Assembly: GCA_020059585.1 (NCBI GenBank)
Contig: JAGVBU010000004.1
Coordinates: forward strand, 16,835 to 80,834
Direction: 5' to 3'
Length of the DNA: 64,000 nt
Source: Minisyncoccota bacterium
GTDB lineage: Bacteria; Patescibacteriota; Minisyncoccia; UBA6257; GWB1-50-10
Shown here: positions 29,521-38,482 of the stretch, one piece after another
How positions within the stretch are numbered: the stretch's first letter is position 1
How the letters are laid out: every line of letters begins with the position of its first letter
Notes under the pieces: model-generated
Databases searched by the model: none
The model's input: the letters and a program-made list of their open reading frames with translations, nothing else
Told to the model about the DNA's origin: nothing
Translations under genes and position numbers: made by a program

Positions 29521-29557
29521 AAAGCCGCTGACTTTCGGGGAGCGGCTTTTTCTTTTT
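29521..29557 (+). terminator. rho-independent terminator
   Basis: AAGCCGCT...AGCGGCTT stem followed by TTTCTTTTT. Confidence 0.5.
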
Positions 29558-29586
29558 CCTCAATGCCCGTATAATAGATACTATAT

Positions 29587-30630
29587 ATGAGGAAAATAGC
29601 ATTTTTCGAAGTTGAAGGATGGGAGGAAAAGAAGATTCGCGAAGAGTTTCCTGAGGCGGACCTTTTCTTTACGAAAGAGAAATTACAAGAATTCGACACG
29701 TCGGAAGCAAAAGACTTTGACGTAATCTCTGTTTTTGTGAATTCTGAGGTTACCGAAGAAGTGCTTTCTAATATTCCCTCCGTGAAATGTATCGCGACCC
29801 GATCGACGGGATTCGATCACGTTGATATCGCATATTGCAAAAAGAAGGGGATTCGGGTCGCGTTTGTGCCGGGATATGGAAACAACACTGTCGCGGAATT
29901 CGCATTCGGACTTCTTTTGAATCTCACGAGAAAGATGTATCAGGCGGTTGATCGCGTAAAAGAAAGCGGCGCATTTTCCTATGAGGGATTGCGAGGTGTT
30001 GATCTGAAAGGGAAAACTATGGGAATTATAGGCACGGGCCGCATCGGAAAGGAGGCTATACATATCGCAAAGGGATTTGGGATGGATGTGGTGGCGTTTG
30101 ATCCGCGTCCCGATAATGCGGTTGCGCGCGATATCGGGTTTCGGTACGAATCTCTCGAGAACCTGCTTAGGATTTCCGATTTTGTTTCTATCCACGCGCC
30201 ATATAATGAAAGCACTCATCATCTTATACATAGCGGGAACATCATGCATATGAAGCGGGGATCATATATCGTGAACACCGCGCGCGGAGGGATAATCGAA
30301 ACAGCCGCATTAATCCGTGGCTTGGAGGAGGGTATTCTCGCGGGCGTGGGACTTGATGTGCTCGAAGAAGAAGGAGACGTGAAAGACGAAATGAAATTTT
30401 TCAGTGAAAAAAAGAATAACAGTATATGGAATTCCATGAATGCAAAAACCCCGAAGGAGCTCGAGACTATAATTCAAAATCATATGCTTATGAGAATGCC
30501 GAACGTACTTATCACCCCTCATAACGCGTTCAATACTCAGGAGGCGCTTCAGCGCATTTTAGAGACGACGATTAATAATATTCAGGAATTTTTCGAGGGA
30601 TCCGAGAATCCAAAAAGCTTTATCGTATAG
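29587..30630 (+). CDS. D-isomer-specific 2-hydroxyacid dehydrogenase (D-lactate dehydrogenase-like)
   Basis: GIIGTGRIGKEA NAD-binding motif; catalytic R/E/H positions of the D-2-HDH family. Confidence 0.7.
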   Translation: MRKIAFFEVEGWEEKKIREEFPEADLFFTKEKLQEFDTSEAKDFDVISVFVNSEVTEEVLSNIPSVKCIATRSTGFDHVDIAYCKKKGIRVAFVPGYGNNTVAEFAFGLLLNLTRKMYQAVDRVKESGAFSYEGLRGVDLKGKTMGIIGTGRIGKEAIHIAKGFGMDVVAFDPRPDNAVARDIGFRYESLENLLRISDFVSIHAPYNESTHHLIHSGNIMHMKRGSYIVNTARGGIIETAALIRGLEEGILAGVGLDVLEEEGDVKDEMKFFSEKKNNSIWNSMNAKTPKELETIIQNHMLMRMPNVLITPHNAFNTQEALQRILETTINNIQEFFEGSENPKSFIV

Positions 30631-30633
30631 CAT

Positions 30634-31836
30634 ATGATCATTACATCGCTTTCCATGCGGCAAATATTCGACTCTCGGGGAGAGCCTACGATTGAAATAA
30701 CCGCGACATGTGATGGAATTTCTGCTCGTGCCAGCGTGCCTTCGGGAAAAAGCAGGGGACGCAGCGAAGTTTCGGTTTTTTCGATCGCTGAAGCGTATAA
30801 CGCGCTCCCGCGCGTTTCAAAATACGTCGTCGGATATCAATTCGACTCCGTGCGCGCGGTCGATGAACGAATGAATGCGGCTGATGGCACTTCCGACAAA
30901 TCGAAGTTGGGAGGGAACGTGATGCTTGGGATTTCTATGGCAGTGAGCAGGCTTTTTGCGGAGCATTCCGGAAATTCACACTGGAGCACGATGAGGCGCG
31001 AGTTTTTCCCCGAAATGAAAGATGGGAAGAATCCTATTATTTTTTCAAATCTCATAAACGGAGGGGCGCATGCGAAAAATAACCTCGAAATACAGGAATA
31101 TATGGCGGTGATTCGCACGAAGAATTCCTATGAAGAAAGTATCTCGAGGCTTATCACTCTTTATAAGCATCTCGGTGAATCGCTTGCGCGCGCGAAGGGA
31201 TCCTCGGGAAGAGCGCCTATTGGCGATGAGGGGGGGTATGCGTTTGATTTCAGGGACAATTTTGAACCTATAGAATTTTTAAGCGAGCATATTCAGGGTG
31301 ACGGAATGAGCGGATTTTGCTCCATAGGGCTTGATGTCGCGGCATCTTCTTTTTTTGAGGAAGGAAAATATGTATTTGACGGTATCGCGCGTTCGGGGGA
31401 GGAACTGCTCAATATATACGCGGAATATTTCAAAAAAGAAAAGCTTCTTTGTACTATTGAGGATCCTTTTGCGGAATCCGATCCAGAAATGTTTTCTGCG
31501 CTTTCCCGCGTGATCGATTCGAAGTGGGTTGTAGGGGATGATCTTACGGTAACGAATCCTTTATTTATAAAAAAATATGGAGAGGCGCGTTCTATAAACG
31601 GCGTTATTATAAAACCGAATCAAATAGGAACCGTTTCCGAGGCGTGTGATGCGATTCGCGCCGCCCGAGCACATGGAATGAAAGTTATTATTTCTCACCG
31701 TTCAGGAGAGACAGAAGATCCTTTCATTATAGAATTAGCAAAAGCCGCGGCCGCAGACGCGGTGAAAATAGGCGCTCCCACGAAAGAGCGTATGGTGAAA
31801 TTCAATGAACTTATCCGTTTATACGGATCATCATAA
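30634..31836 (+). CDS. eno: enolase
   Basis: ...IFDSRGEPTIEI...VPSGKSRG... and C-terminal ...SHRSGETEDPFIIELAKAAAADAVKIGAPTKERMVKFNELIRL. Confidence 0.85.
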   Translation: MIITSLSMRQIFDSRGEPTIEITATCDGISARASVPSGKSRGRSEVSVFSIAEAYNALPRVSKYVVGYQFDSVRAVDERMNAADGTSDKSKLGGNVMLGISMAVSRLFAEHSGNSHWSTMRREFFPEMKDGKNPIIFSNLINGGAHAKNNLEIQEYMAVIRTKNSYEESISRLITLYKHLGESLARAKGSSGRAPIGDEGGYAFDFRDNFEPIEFLSEHIQGDGMSGFCSIGLDVAASSFFEEGKYVFDGIARSGEELLNIYAEYFKKEKLLCTIEDPFAESDPEMFSALSRVIDSKWVVGDDLTVTNPLFIKKYGEARSINGVIIKPNQIGTVSEACDAIRAARAHGMKVIISHRSGETEDPFIIELAKAAAADAVKIGAPTKERMVKFNELIRLYGSS

Positions 31837-31838
31837 TA

Positions 31839-32558
31839 ATGTCACGTGCTGTTTTTGATATTCCCGTTGTTTTCGAAGAGAAGGACTTCGCTGTTTTAAA
31901 CAAGCCCGCTGGCGTGCTGGTTCATGCCACGCGCGGACATGAAGCGTTGGCACCGACCGTCGTCGATTTTGTTCTCAGAAAATATCCTGAGGCGCGTTCC
32001 GTAGGCGATGATCCGGAAACGCGTCCCGGAATTGTGCATCGTCTCGATAAGGACACGTCCGGTGTTCTTGTCGTCGCCCGCACGAAAGATTTTTTTTCTC
32101 ATTTGAAGGGGCTTTTCCAGAAAAGCATGGTGCGGAAGACATATTGCGCGCTTGTATGGGGGAGGGTACCCCTTGAGGGAGTTATCAATATGCCGATAGG
32201 ATTGAAACCGGGGAGCGTGAAGCGGAGCGGGCGCGCGCGGAATATGAAGATGATAAAGGAAGCGGTGACCGAATATGCCGCGATATCGCGGTTCACCTAC
32301 GAAGAGGATGATTTTTCCTTCGTACGTGTTTTTCCGAAGACAGGGAGAACTCACCAAATCCGCGTCCACTTCCTCGAGATCCATCACCCTATTGTTGGCG
32401 ATCAGCTCTACGGGAAAAAGAAGAATCCTTGGAATCTTGAGCGGCAATTCCTGCACGCAGAGTCCATTGAATTTCCTATGCCCGATGGGCGCCGCTTCCG
32501 CATTGATGCCGAACTTCCCGATGAGCTGAAGCGGATATTGAAAACAGGAGAAAAATAA
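31839..32558 (+). CDS. RluA-family pseudouridine synthase (no S4 domain)
   Basis: HRLDKDTSGVLVVA catalytic-Asp motif. Confidence 0.8.
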   Translation: MSRAVFDIPVVFEEKDFAVLNKPAGVLVHATRGHEALAPTVVDFVLRKYPEARSVGDDPETRPGIVHRLDKDTSGVLVVARTKDFFSHLKGLFQKSMVRKTYCALVWGRVPLEGVINMPIGLKPGSVKRSGRARNMKMIKEAVTEYAAISRFTYEEDDFSFVRVFPKTGRTHQIRVHFLEIHHPIVGDQLYGKKKNPWNLERQFLHAESIEFPMPDGRRFRIDAELPDELKRILKTGEK

Positions 32559-32590
32559 AGACCCCAATATACTGGGGTCTTTTAAAATTT
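32557..32590. terminator. bidirectional hairpin terminator between convergent genes
   Basis: AGACCCCA-ATATAC-TGGGGTCT stem with T-runs on both sides. Confidence 0.5.
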
Positions 32591-32896
32591 TTATACGAAG
32601 CAGTGTTTCATTTTCTTACGTTGGCGATTGCCATCAGAAGTGATGACAAGTGCGCTTCCGTTTGGAAAATAGTTTGGAACTATATTAACCGCAGTTCCAA
32701 TACCGTATTTTTTCTTATAATAAAAAACTTTGGTATTTTCACCGGGTACCTCTTTTACAGATTCATCGTGGTTACCGTGATCATCTTCTTGGTGAAATGT
32801 GGTGGCTACACGTGACTTTGAACTCTTTGCCTTCAAAATCATTACTACGATGAACAATACGACTCCAATTGCAACGATAAGTAGCATAGGGACCAT
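32591..32896 (-). CDS. small hypothetical membrane protein (101 aa)
   Basis: Single N-terminal TM helix; no family recognised. Confidence 0.35.
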   Translation of the reverse strand: MVPMLLIVAIGVVLFIVVMILKAKSSKSRVATTFHQEDDHGNHDESVKEVPGENTKVFYYKKKYGIGTAVNIVPNYFPNGSALVITSDGNRQRKKMKHCFV

Positions 32897-33027
32897 CCTT
32901 TGATTTATTTATGAAATAGTTAGTCTGTCTATAATTATACAATATATACAGTATTTGTCAATATACTTCCCATAATAGTCCCGGTATTGGTTTGACTCTT
33001 ATAAAGGAAAACGATACTATAAAACCC

Positions 33028-33354
33028 ATGATAGATGCTGAAATAATAAAGAAAATAAAGCCAGGCGCGAAAGTGCGCGTGTGGGAGCGGATTAAAGAAG
33101 GCGATAAGGAGCGTCGGTCCGCCTTCGAGGGCATCGTGATCGCAAGAAAGCATGGCGTGCAGGCGGGTGCTACGTTTACCGTCAGGAGCGTGCTGCAGGA
33201 GGTTGGTGTTGAAAAAGTATATCCTCTTCAAACTCCGATTATCGCAAAAGTGGAAATAGTTTCTCCGGCGAAAAAGGTACGGCGCGCGAAGTTGTATTAT
33301 CTCCGCGACCTTTCAAATAAGAAGGTAAGGGAAAAACTCAAGGTATCGTTATAA
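33028..33354 (+). CDS. rplS: ribosomal protein L19
   Basis: ...GAKVRVWERIKEGDKERRSAFEGIVIARKHGV... Start chosen at MIDAEII inside ORF 32992..33354. Confidence 0.85.
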   Translation: MIDAEIIKKIKPGAKVRVWERIKEGDKERRSAFEGIVIARKHGVQAGATFTVRSVLQEVGVEKVYPLQTPIIAKVEIVSPAKKVRRAKLYYLRDLSNKKVREKLKVSL

Positions 33355-33370
33355 AGTGTTCTCATTAAGA

Positions 33371-33400
33371 AAAAACCGCCAGAAAGGCGGTTTAGCTTTT
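33371..33400 (+). terminator. rho-independent terminator after rplS
   Basis: AACCGCC-AGAAA-GGCGGTT stem followed by a T-rich tail. Confidence 0.5.
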
Positions 33401-33474
33401 ATTACATTTTCCCCGCGATCGCGGTGAAAATGTAATATTTTGTTATAGTGTATGCGAGACTTGTCCGCCAACTG

Positions 33475-33503
33475 ACGGAAGGGATTTTCATTGTGCGCGG
33501 GAG
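33475..33503. repeat. 29-nt exact copy of the tRNA-Leu 3' end plus flank, bracketed by TTGTCCGCC direct repeats
   Basis: CGGAAGGGATTTTCATTGTGCGCGGGAGA is identical to 33692..33720. TTGTCCGCC occurs at 33460..33468 and 33505..33513. Confidence 0.5.
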
Positions 33504-33709
33504 ATTTGTCCGCCTATGGTGGAGGATTTGTCTGCAAATAAATTTCCTGACGTAAATTTTCTGCAGACCGCCCTCGCGGTGTTCGCCTTTTGTTTCACAA
33601 AAACTCACACATCGCTGCGGGCTTCAAATCCTCACGCGAGCAAAGACATTTGCTCGCTTCCCGCAAATTTAAAAATCCCTCCGCGAGTCAGCGGAAGGGA
33701 TTTTCATTG

Positions 33710-33793
33710 TGCGCGGGAGAGGATTTGAACCTCCAAGCCCTTGCGGGCGCTACCACCTCAAGGTAGTGCGTCTGCCAGTTTCGCCACCCGCGC
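33710..33793 (-). tRNA. tRNA-Leu (anticodon GAG), long variable arm
   Basis: Minus-strand sequence GCGCGGGTGGCGAAACTGGCAGACGCACTACCTTGAGGTGGTAGCGCCCGCAAGGGCTTGGAGGTTCAAATCCTCTCCCGCGCA. Acceptor 7 bp, T-loop TTCAAAT, G37; CCA not encoded. Confidence 0.85.
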
Positions 33794-33891
33794 ATACGTA
33801 CACATAGTACTATGCGCTTTTACCATTTTCAAGAATAGATGTGTTGCGCTGATACTGTATAATAAATATAGATTCTTTTGCGGAGGATAAT

Positions 33892-34209
33892 ATGAAAATA
33901 GAACGTCTCTTCTGTGTCCGATGCGGCATAAAGACGCCGCAGGCGCTTATTTTTCCCTCGCGAAAAGAGGAGGGAAACGAATATGTTTCGATATGCTCGC
34001 TTTGTCTTTCGTCTTCTTCCGTCTATCTCAAAGAGAAAGATCGTTCCAATTTTATTACGTTTTTTTGTCTTTCGGATCGATGTCAGATGCGCGTGCGCGG
34101 CGAGATAATAGGCGAAGGGAAGAAAGAGGACGAGGTTTATGATCGTGTGATCGCATTATGTCCGTTTTGCGGGAGAAAATATGAATTTATCCTGAAAAAA
34201 CATAGATAA
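33892..34209 (+). CDS. small zinc-ribbon hypothetical protein (two CxxC pairs)
   Basis: CVRCG...CSLC... and CPFCG motifs. Confidence 0.35.
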   Translation: MKIERLFCVRCGIKTPQALIFPSRKEEGNEYVSICSLCLSSSSVYLKEKDRSNFITFFCLSDRCQMRVRGEIIGEGKKEDEVYDRVIALCPFCGRKYEFILKKHR

Positions 34210-34293
34210 TATAAGGGCTTTTTGAAGCCCTTTTTCTTTGTATATATAAGGAAAATATGATAATCTTAAGGGGTGCCAGAAGGGCGTTTTTTT

Positions 34294-36231
34294 ATGAAAA
34301 AAGAGGAAAAAAAGAACACAGAAAAGGGCTCATATGGAGCAAAGGACATATTCGTCCTCGAGGGACTTGAACCGGTCAGAAAGAGGCCGGGAATGTATAT
34401 CGGGACGACGAGCACCGAGGGATTGCACCATCTCATTTGGGAGGTGGTCGACAATTCCATTGATGAAGCGATGGCTGGTCATGCTAAAAATATACGCATT
34501 GAATTTTTGAAGGGAAACAAGGTGGCGGTTACGGATGACGGGCGTGGTATTCCGGTAGAGGTGCATGCGCAAACGAAGAAATCGACGCTCGAGACCGTAT
34601 TAACCACTCTTCATGCGGGAGGAAAGTTTGGTGGAGAAGGATACAAGGTTTCGACTGGGCTTCACGGCGTCGGCGTATCCGTAGTGAATGCGCTTTCAGA
34701 CTGGCTTCGTGTTGAGGTGAAGCGTGACGGAGGATTGTATGTTCAGGAATACGAGCGGGGAAAACCCAAGGGATCAGTGAAAAAAACAGGAAAAGCGGAC
34801 GGTACGGGAACAAAAGTAATATTTTCTCCCGATCCCACAATCTTTCCGAAAACCGATTTTGACGCAAAGAAAGTCATCGACCATCTTCGTCATCAAGCCT
34901 ATCTTACGAAGGGGATACATATGGAAATCGTGGATGAACGCGATGAGATCCCTATGTTTTACGGTTTTTATTTTGATGGAGGACTTCGATCGTTCATTCA
35001 TCATCTCGTCGACGGGCAATCCGTAGCGCCGATACAGGAAGAGGAATTTTATATAAAGAAAGAATATGAGGGCGTGGATGTCGAAGTTGCGTTCGTATAT
35101 ACGGGAGAGGTGGAGAGCACGGAAATGAGTTTTGCGAATAATGTGTACACAATGGACGGAGGAATGCACCTCACGGGATTTCGTACCGCGCTTACGCGCA
35201 CATTGAACGATTACGCGCGGCAAAACGGTAGCGTGAAAGACGCGGAGGAAAATCTTACCGGAGATGATGTGCGCGAAGGATTAGTCGCGCTTGTGGCGGT
35301 GCGTATCCGTGAACCTCAATTTGAGGGACAAACGAAGGGGCGGTTAGGAAACGCGGAAGCGCGCACGGCGGTTGACGCGGTGGTGAGCGAGGCGCTCAAG
35401 GAGTTTCTCGAGCGGCATAGCGCGGACGCGAAAAGTATTCTCCAAAAGAATCTTCTTGCGGCAAAAGCTCGAAAGGCCGCAAAAGCCGCCAAAGACACTG
35501 TTTTGCGGAAGGGAATGCTTGAAGGAATGACGCTCCCGGGAAAGCTTGCGGATTGTTCTTCTAGAAAACCGGAGGAATCCGAGCTTTTTGTCGTTGAGGG
35601 AGATTCCGCGGGAGGCTCTTGTAAGCAGGGGCGCGATCGCCGCACGCAGGCGATACTTCCACTTAAAGGAAAAATATTAAATGTCGAAAAAGCGCGAATA
35701 GACAAGATGCTTCTCAATAAGGAGATACGATCCCTTGTGGTAGCGCTTGGTACCGCGATTTCCGATAAATTTGATATCACGAAGCTCCGTTATCACAAAA
35801 TAATTCTTATGTCAGATGCTGATGTGGATGGTGCTCATATTTGCACGCTTCTCCTCACTCTTTTTTACAGATATTTCCCCGATATTATCGAGAAGGGACA
35901 TTTGTATGTAGCGCAACCACCTCTTTTCCGAGTACAGAAAGGAAAGGACGTACGATACGCATACAGTGATGCGGAACGCGACTCCATTGTAAAAACACTC
36001 GGAGGGAATGAGGGAGTGGGAATACAGCGTTATAAAGGTTTGGGAGAAATGAATCCTGAACAATTATGGGAAACGACGATGAATCCGGAGAATCGTATGC
36101 TGAAAAAGGTGGTGGTGGGGGATTCAGTACAGGCAAGCCATCTCTTCGATGTGCTCATGGGAGAGAGCGTGGAACCGAGAAAAAACTTTATTAACGCGCA
36201 CGCAACTGCGGTGAAAAACCTTGACATTTAG
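34294..36231 (+). CDS. gyrB: DNA gyrase subunit B (or topo IV ParE), short Gram-positive-like form
   Basis: GHKL ATPase motifs (EVVDNSIDEAMAG; GLHGVGVSVVNALS), Toprim (VEGDSAGGS) and C-terminal tail. Start chosen at MKKEEKK. Confidence 0.9.
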   Translation: MKKEEKKNTEKGSYGAKDIFVLEGLEPVRKRPGMYIGTTSTEGLHHLIWEVVDNSIDEAMAGHAKNIRIEFLKGNKVAVTDDGRGIPVEVHAQTKKSTLETVLTTLHAGGKFGGEGYKVSTGLHGVGVSVVNALSDWLRVEVKRDGGLYVQEYERGKPKGSVKKTGKADGTGTKVIFSPDPTIFPKTDFDAKKVIDHLRHQAYLTKGIHMEIVDERDEIPMFYGFYFDGGLRSFIHHLVDGQSVAPIQEEEFYIKKEYEGVDVEVAFVYTGEVESTEMSFANNVYTMDGGMHLTGFRTALTRTLNDYARQNGSVKDAEENLTGDDVREGLVALVAVRIREPQFEGQTKGRLGNAEARTAVDAVVSEALKEFLERHSADAKSILQKNLLAAKARKAAKAAKDTVLRKGMLEGMTLPGKLADCSSRKPEESELFVVEGDSAGGSCKQGRDRRTQAILPLKGKILNVEKARIDKMLLNKEIRSLVVALGTAISDKFDITKLRYHKIILMSDADVDGAHICTLLLTLFYRYFPDIIEKGHLYVAQPPLFRVQKGKDVRYAYSDAERDSIVKTLGGNEGVGIQRYKGLGEMNPEQLWETTMNPENRMLKKVVVGDSVQASHLFDVLMGESVEPRKNFINAHATAVKNLDI

Positions 36232-36265
36232 CCATTTGAATTTTAATCTAAATCAGTAAAAATAT

Positions 36266-36451
36266 ATGAACGATCGTGTAAAAAACTTTATTCAGGAATC
36301 GCGCCAAGAATTGAAACGCGTAAACTGGCCGACCAAACAGGAAACAGCGCGATATACGATTTTTGTGGCGCTTTTTTCAATAGGAGTGGCGGCATTTCTC
36401 GGGATACTCGATTTTATCTTTATGCAGATTCTCGAAAAATCAATCCTCTAA
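36266..36451 (+). CDS. secE: preprotein translocase subunit SecE
   Basis: 61 aa ending with a single TM; ...ELKRVNWPTKQETARYTIFV...; immediately upstream of nusG. Confidence 0.75.
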   Translation: MNDRVKNFIQESRQELKRVNWPTKQETARYTIFVALFSIGVAAFLGILDFIFMQILEKSIL

Positions 36452-36458
36452 TTAATAT

Positions 36459-37016
36459 ATGAAACAGCTTCATAATGAAGAACATGGCGGAGAAAGAAAA
36501 TGGTATGCGGTGCACACTTATTCTGGATACGAAGATGCGGTGGCGCGATATCTGAAACAGCGCGTTGAATCGCTTCTTATGGGTGACAAAATATTCGACG
36601 TGGTAGTTCCAAAGGAAGTGAAAATAAAAGTGAAGAACGGAAAACGTACAACGCAAGAAGAAAAGATATATCCAGGATATGTCCTTGTGGATATGGTTAT
36701 GAACCATGATTCGTGGTCTGTGGTGCGGAACACTCCTCGTGTTACGGGATTTGTGGGAGCGGATTCAACGACACCGACGCCACTTTCAACCGAGGAAATA
36801 AAGGAACTTATGGAGCGTATGGGACCGAAAGATCCAAAATTCAATGTCGATTTTAAGAAAGATGATCTTGTGAAAATAATCGACGGACCTTTCAAGGAAT
36901 ACGAGGGGAAGGTTTCTGAGGTGGACGATGAGCGTGGAAAATTAAAAGTGCTTGTATCTATTTTCAACAGAGATACCGTCGTAGAGATAGACTCATTGCA
37001 AGTAAAGAAAGTTTAA
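36459..37016 (+). CDS. nusG: transcription termination/antitermination factor NusG
   Basis: KWYAVHTYSGYE NGN domain and a C-terminal KOW (LVKIIDGPFKEYEGKV). Confidence 0.9.
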   Translation: MKQLHNEEHGGERKWYAVHTYSGYEDAVARYLKQRVESLLMGDKIFDVVVPKEVKIKVKNGKRTTQEEKIYPGYVLVDMVMNHDSWSVVRNTPRVTGFVGADSTTPTPLSTEEIKELMERMGPKDPKFNVDFKKDDLVKIIDGPFKEYEGKVSEVDDERGKLKVLVSIFNRDTVVEIDSLQVKKV

Positions 37017-37033
37017 GGTAGTATCATTCCGTT

Positions 37034-37459
37034 ATGGCAAAACCAATTAAAACAGTATTAAAACTTCAGATTGAGGCGGGAAAGGCGAATCCCGCGCCGC
37101 CTATTGGACCGGCGTTGGGGCAGCACGGAGTGAATATCCAGCAGTTCTGCCAGCAGTTTAATGAGGCGACGAAAGATATGATGGGTGATGTGGTCCCCGC
37201 GGAGATTACGATCTACGATGACCGAACCTTCGACTTCAAGCTCAAAACATCTCCGTCTTCAGCGCTTTTGAAGAAATATGCCGGAGTCCCAAAGGGATCG
37301 CCGGTGCCTCATAAGCAGAAGGTGGGAAAGGTGACAAAAGCACAGCTTCGTGAGATTGCCGAGAAAAAGATGATTGACCTGAATGCTCGCGATGTTGATG
37401 CGGGAATGAAAATCATCGAAGGGAGCGCGCGAAATATGGGAATCGAGATAGTCGATTAA
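37034..37459 (+). CDS. rplK: ribosomal protein L11
   Basis: ...[19 protein letters not shown]..., the classic L11 sequence. Confidence 0.9.
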   Translation: MAKPIKTVLKLQIEAGKANPAPPIGPALGQHGVNIQQFCQQFNEATKDMMGDVVPAEITIYDDRTFDFKLKTSPSSALLKKYAGVPKGSPVPHKQKVGKVTKAQLREIAEKKMIDLNARDVDAGMKIIEGSARNMGIEIVD

Positions 37460-37492
37460 CGTATTTTGGGAAAGAGCAACGGGAACAGGGTA

Positions 37493-37525
37493 CCCAGCCA
37501 TTCTACGGAATGGCTGGGTTTTTGT
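37493..37525 (+). terminator. rho-independent terminator directly after rplK
   Basis: CCCAGCCATTC-TACG-GAATGGCTGGG stem followed by TTTTTG. Confidence 0.6.
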
Positions 37526-37589
37526 TTGACGAAAAATCATTGTATGTGGGAGAATGAATGAAGATAAAATTTACAAGAGAGGATATCAC

Positions 37590-38402
37590 ATGAAAAAAGG
37601 AAAATTCATTCTTCTTGAAAGCCTTACCTGCGGTGGCAAGGGGGTGCAAGCGAAAAAAATAAAAACCCACCTCGTATCCAAGGGGATTCCCGCGATGGTA
37701 TACGCGGAACCAACCTCAAGCAGTAAGATCGGAATAATCATACGGAAACTGATTGAAAAACAGCGTATTGAAGAATCGTTCATACGGAACTCCTTTGTTC
37801 CTGAAATGCTCGGATATATCGTTGCGCTTGGGGTATCTGGCGTGTTTCTCAAGGGGGTCGAAAGAAACGACGTAGTGAAGGAATTCGCCGGTCTTTTGAA
37901 CAACGCCATGGTGAAGGTGAATAACTCTGAGAAGTTGACGAATAGAGAGCTTCAGGCGCTCTATGTTGCCGATAGACATCTCGATTTAAGAGAAAATATC
38001 ATTCCTGCTCTGAAAAAAGGGATATGGGTTGTTCAGGATCGTTATGATCGGAGCACGATGGCGTTTGGAAAAGCATTTGGAGGCGTCACGATAGAAGAGG
38101 TATATAAATGGCATCTCCATGCGATAGGAAAGGAATATCTCCTTCCTGATTATGATTTTTTCATCAAAATAGATCCTAGAACGGCAATGGACCGCCTTCA
38201 GAAAGACGGAAAGGTGAAGGATCAGTTTGAGCAGAAGCTCGATGGTCTTGTCAGGACTGCTCTCGCGTACGAAGAGGCAAATGCTTTTATGAATACACAG
38301 TACGCAATTCAGGATCCGCCAAGAGACCCCGTGATTGTCGTCGACGGAGAAAATGACGAAGATGGAGTATTCAAAGAAATAATCTCCCACATGGGTATTT
38401 AA
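37590..38402 (+). CDS. thymidylate kinase-like protein with non-canonical P-loop and internal insertion
   Basis: KGKFILLESLTCGGKGVQ aligns to Tmk FIVIEGLEGAGKTTQ but has GKG instead of GK[ST]. Conserved DRY...S.AFG (DRx motif) and EP..S..G regions. Start chosen inside ORF 37554..38402. Confidence 0.55.
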   Translation: MKKGKFILLESLTCGGKGVQAKKIKTHLVSKGIPAMVYAEPTSSSKIGIIIRKLIEKQRIEESFIRNSFVPEMLGYIVALGVSGVFLKGVERNDVVKEFAGLLNNAMVKVNNSEKLTNRELQALYVADRHLDLRENIIPALKKGIWVVQDRYDRSTMAFGKAFGGVTIEEVYKWHLHAIGKEYLLPDYDFFIKIDPRTAMDRLQKDGKVKDQFEQKLDGLVRTALAYEEANAFMNTQYAIQDPPRDPVIVVDGENDEDGVFKEIISHMGI

Positions 38403-38405
38403 TAA

Positions 38406-38434
38406 CAATCCCGCCTCATCAGCGGGATTTTAAT
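38406..38434 (+). terminator. rho-independent terminator
   Basis: AATCCCGC-CTCATCA-GCGGGATT stem followed by TTTAAT. Confidence 0.5.
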
Positions 38435-38482
38435 ATAAGGATTCTTTATCTTTATAAGGATTCTGGTGTATGATAAAAAACG

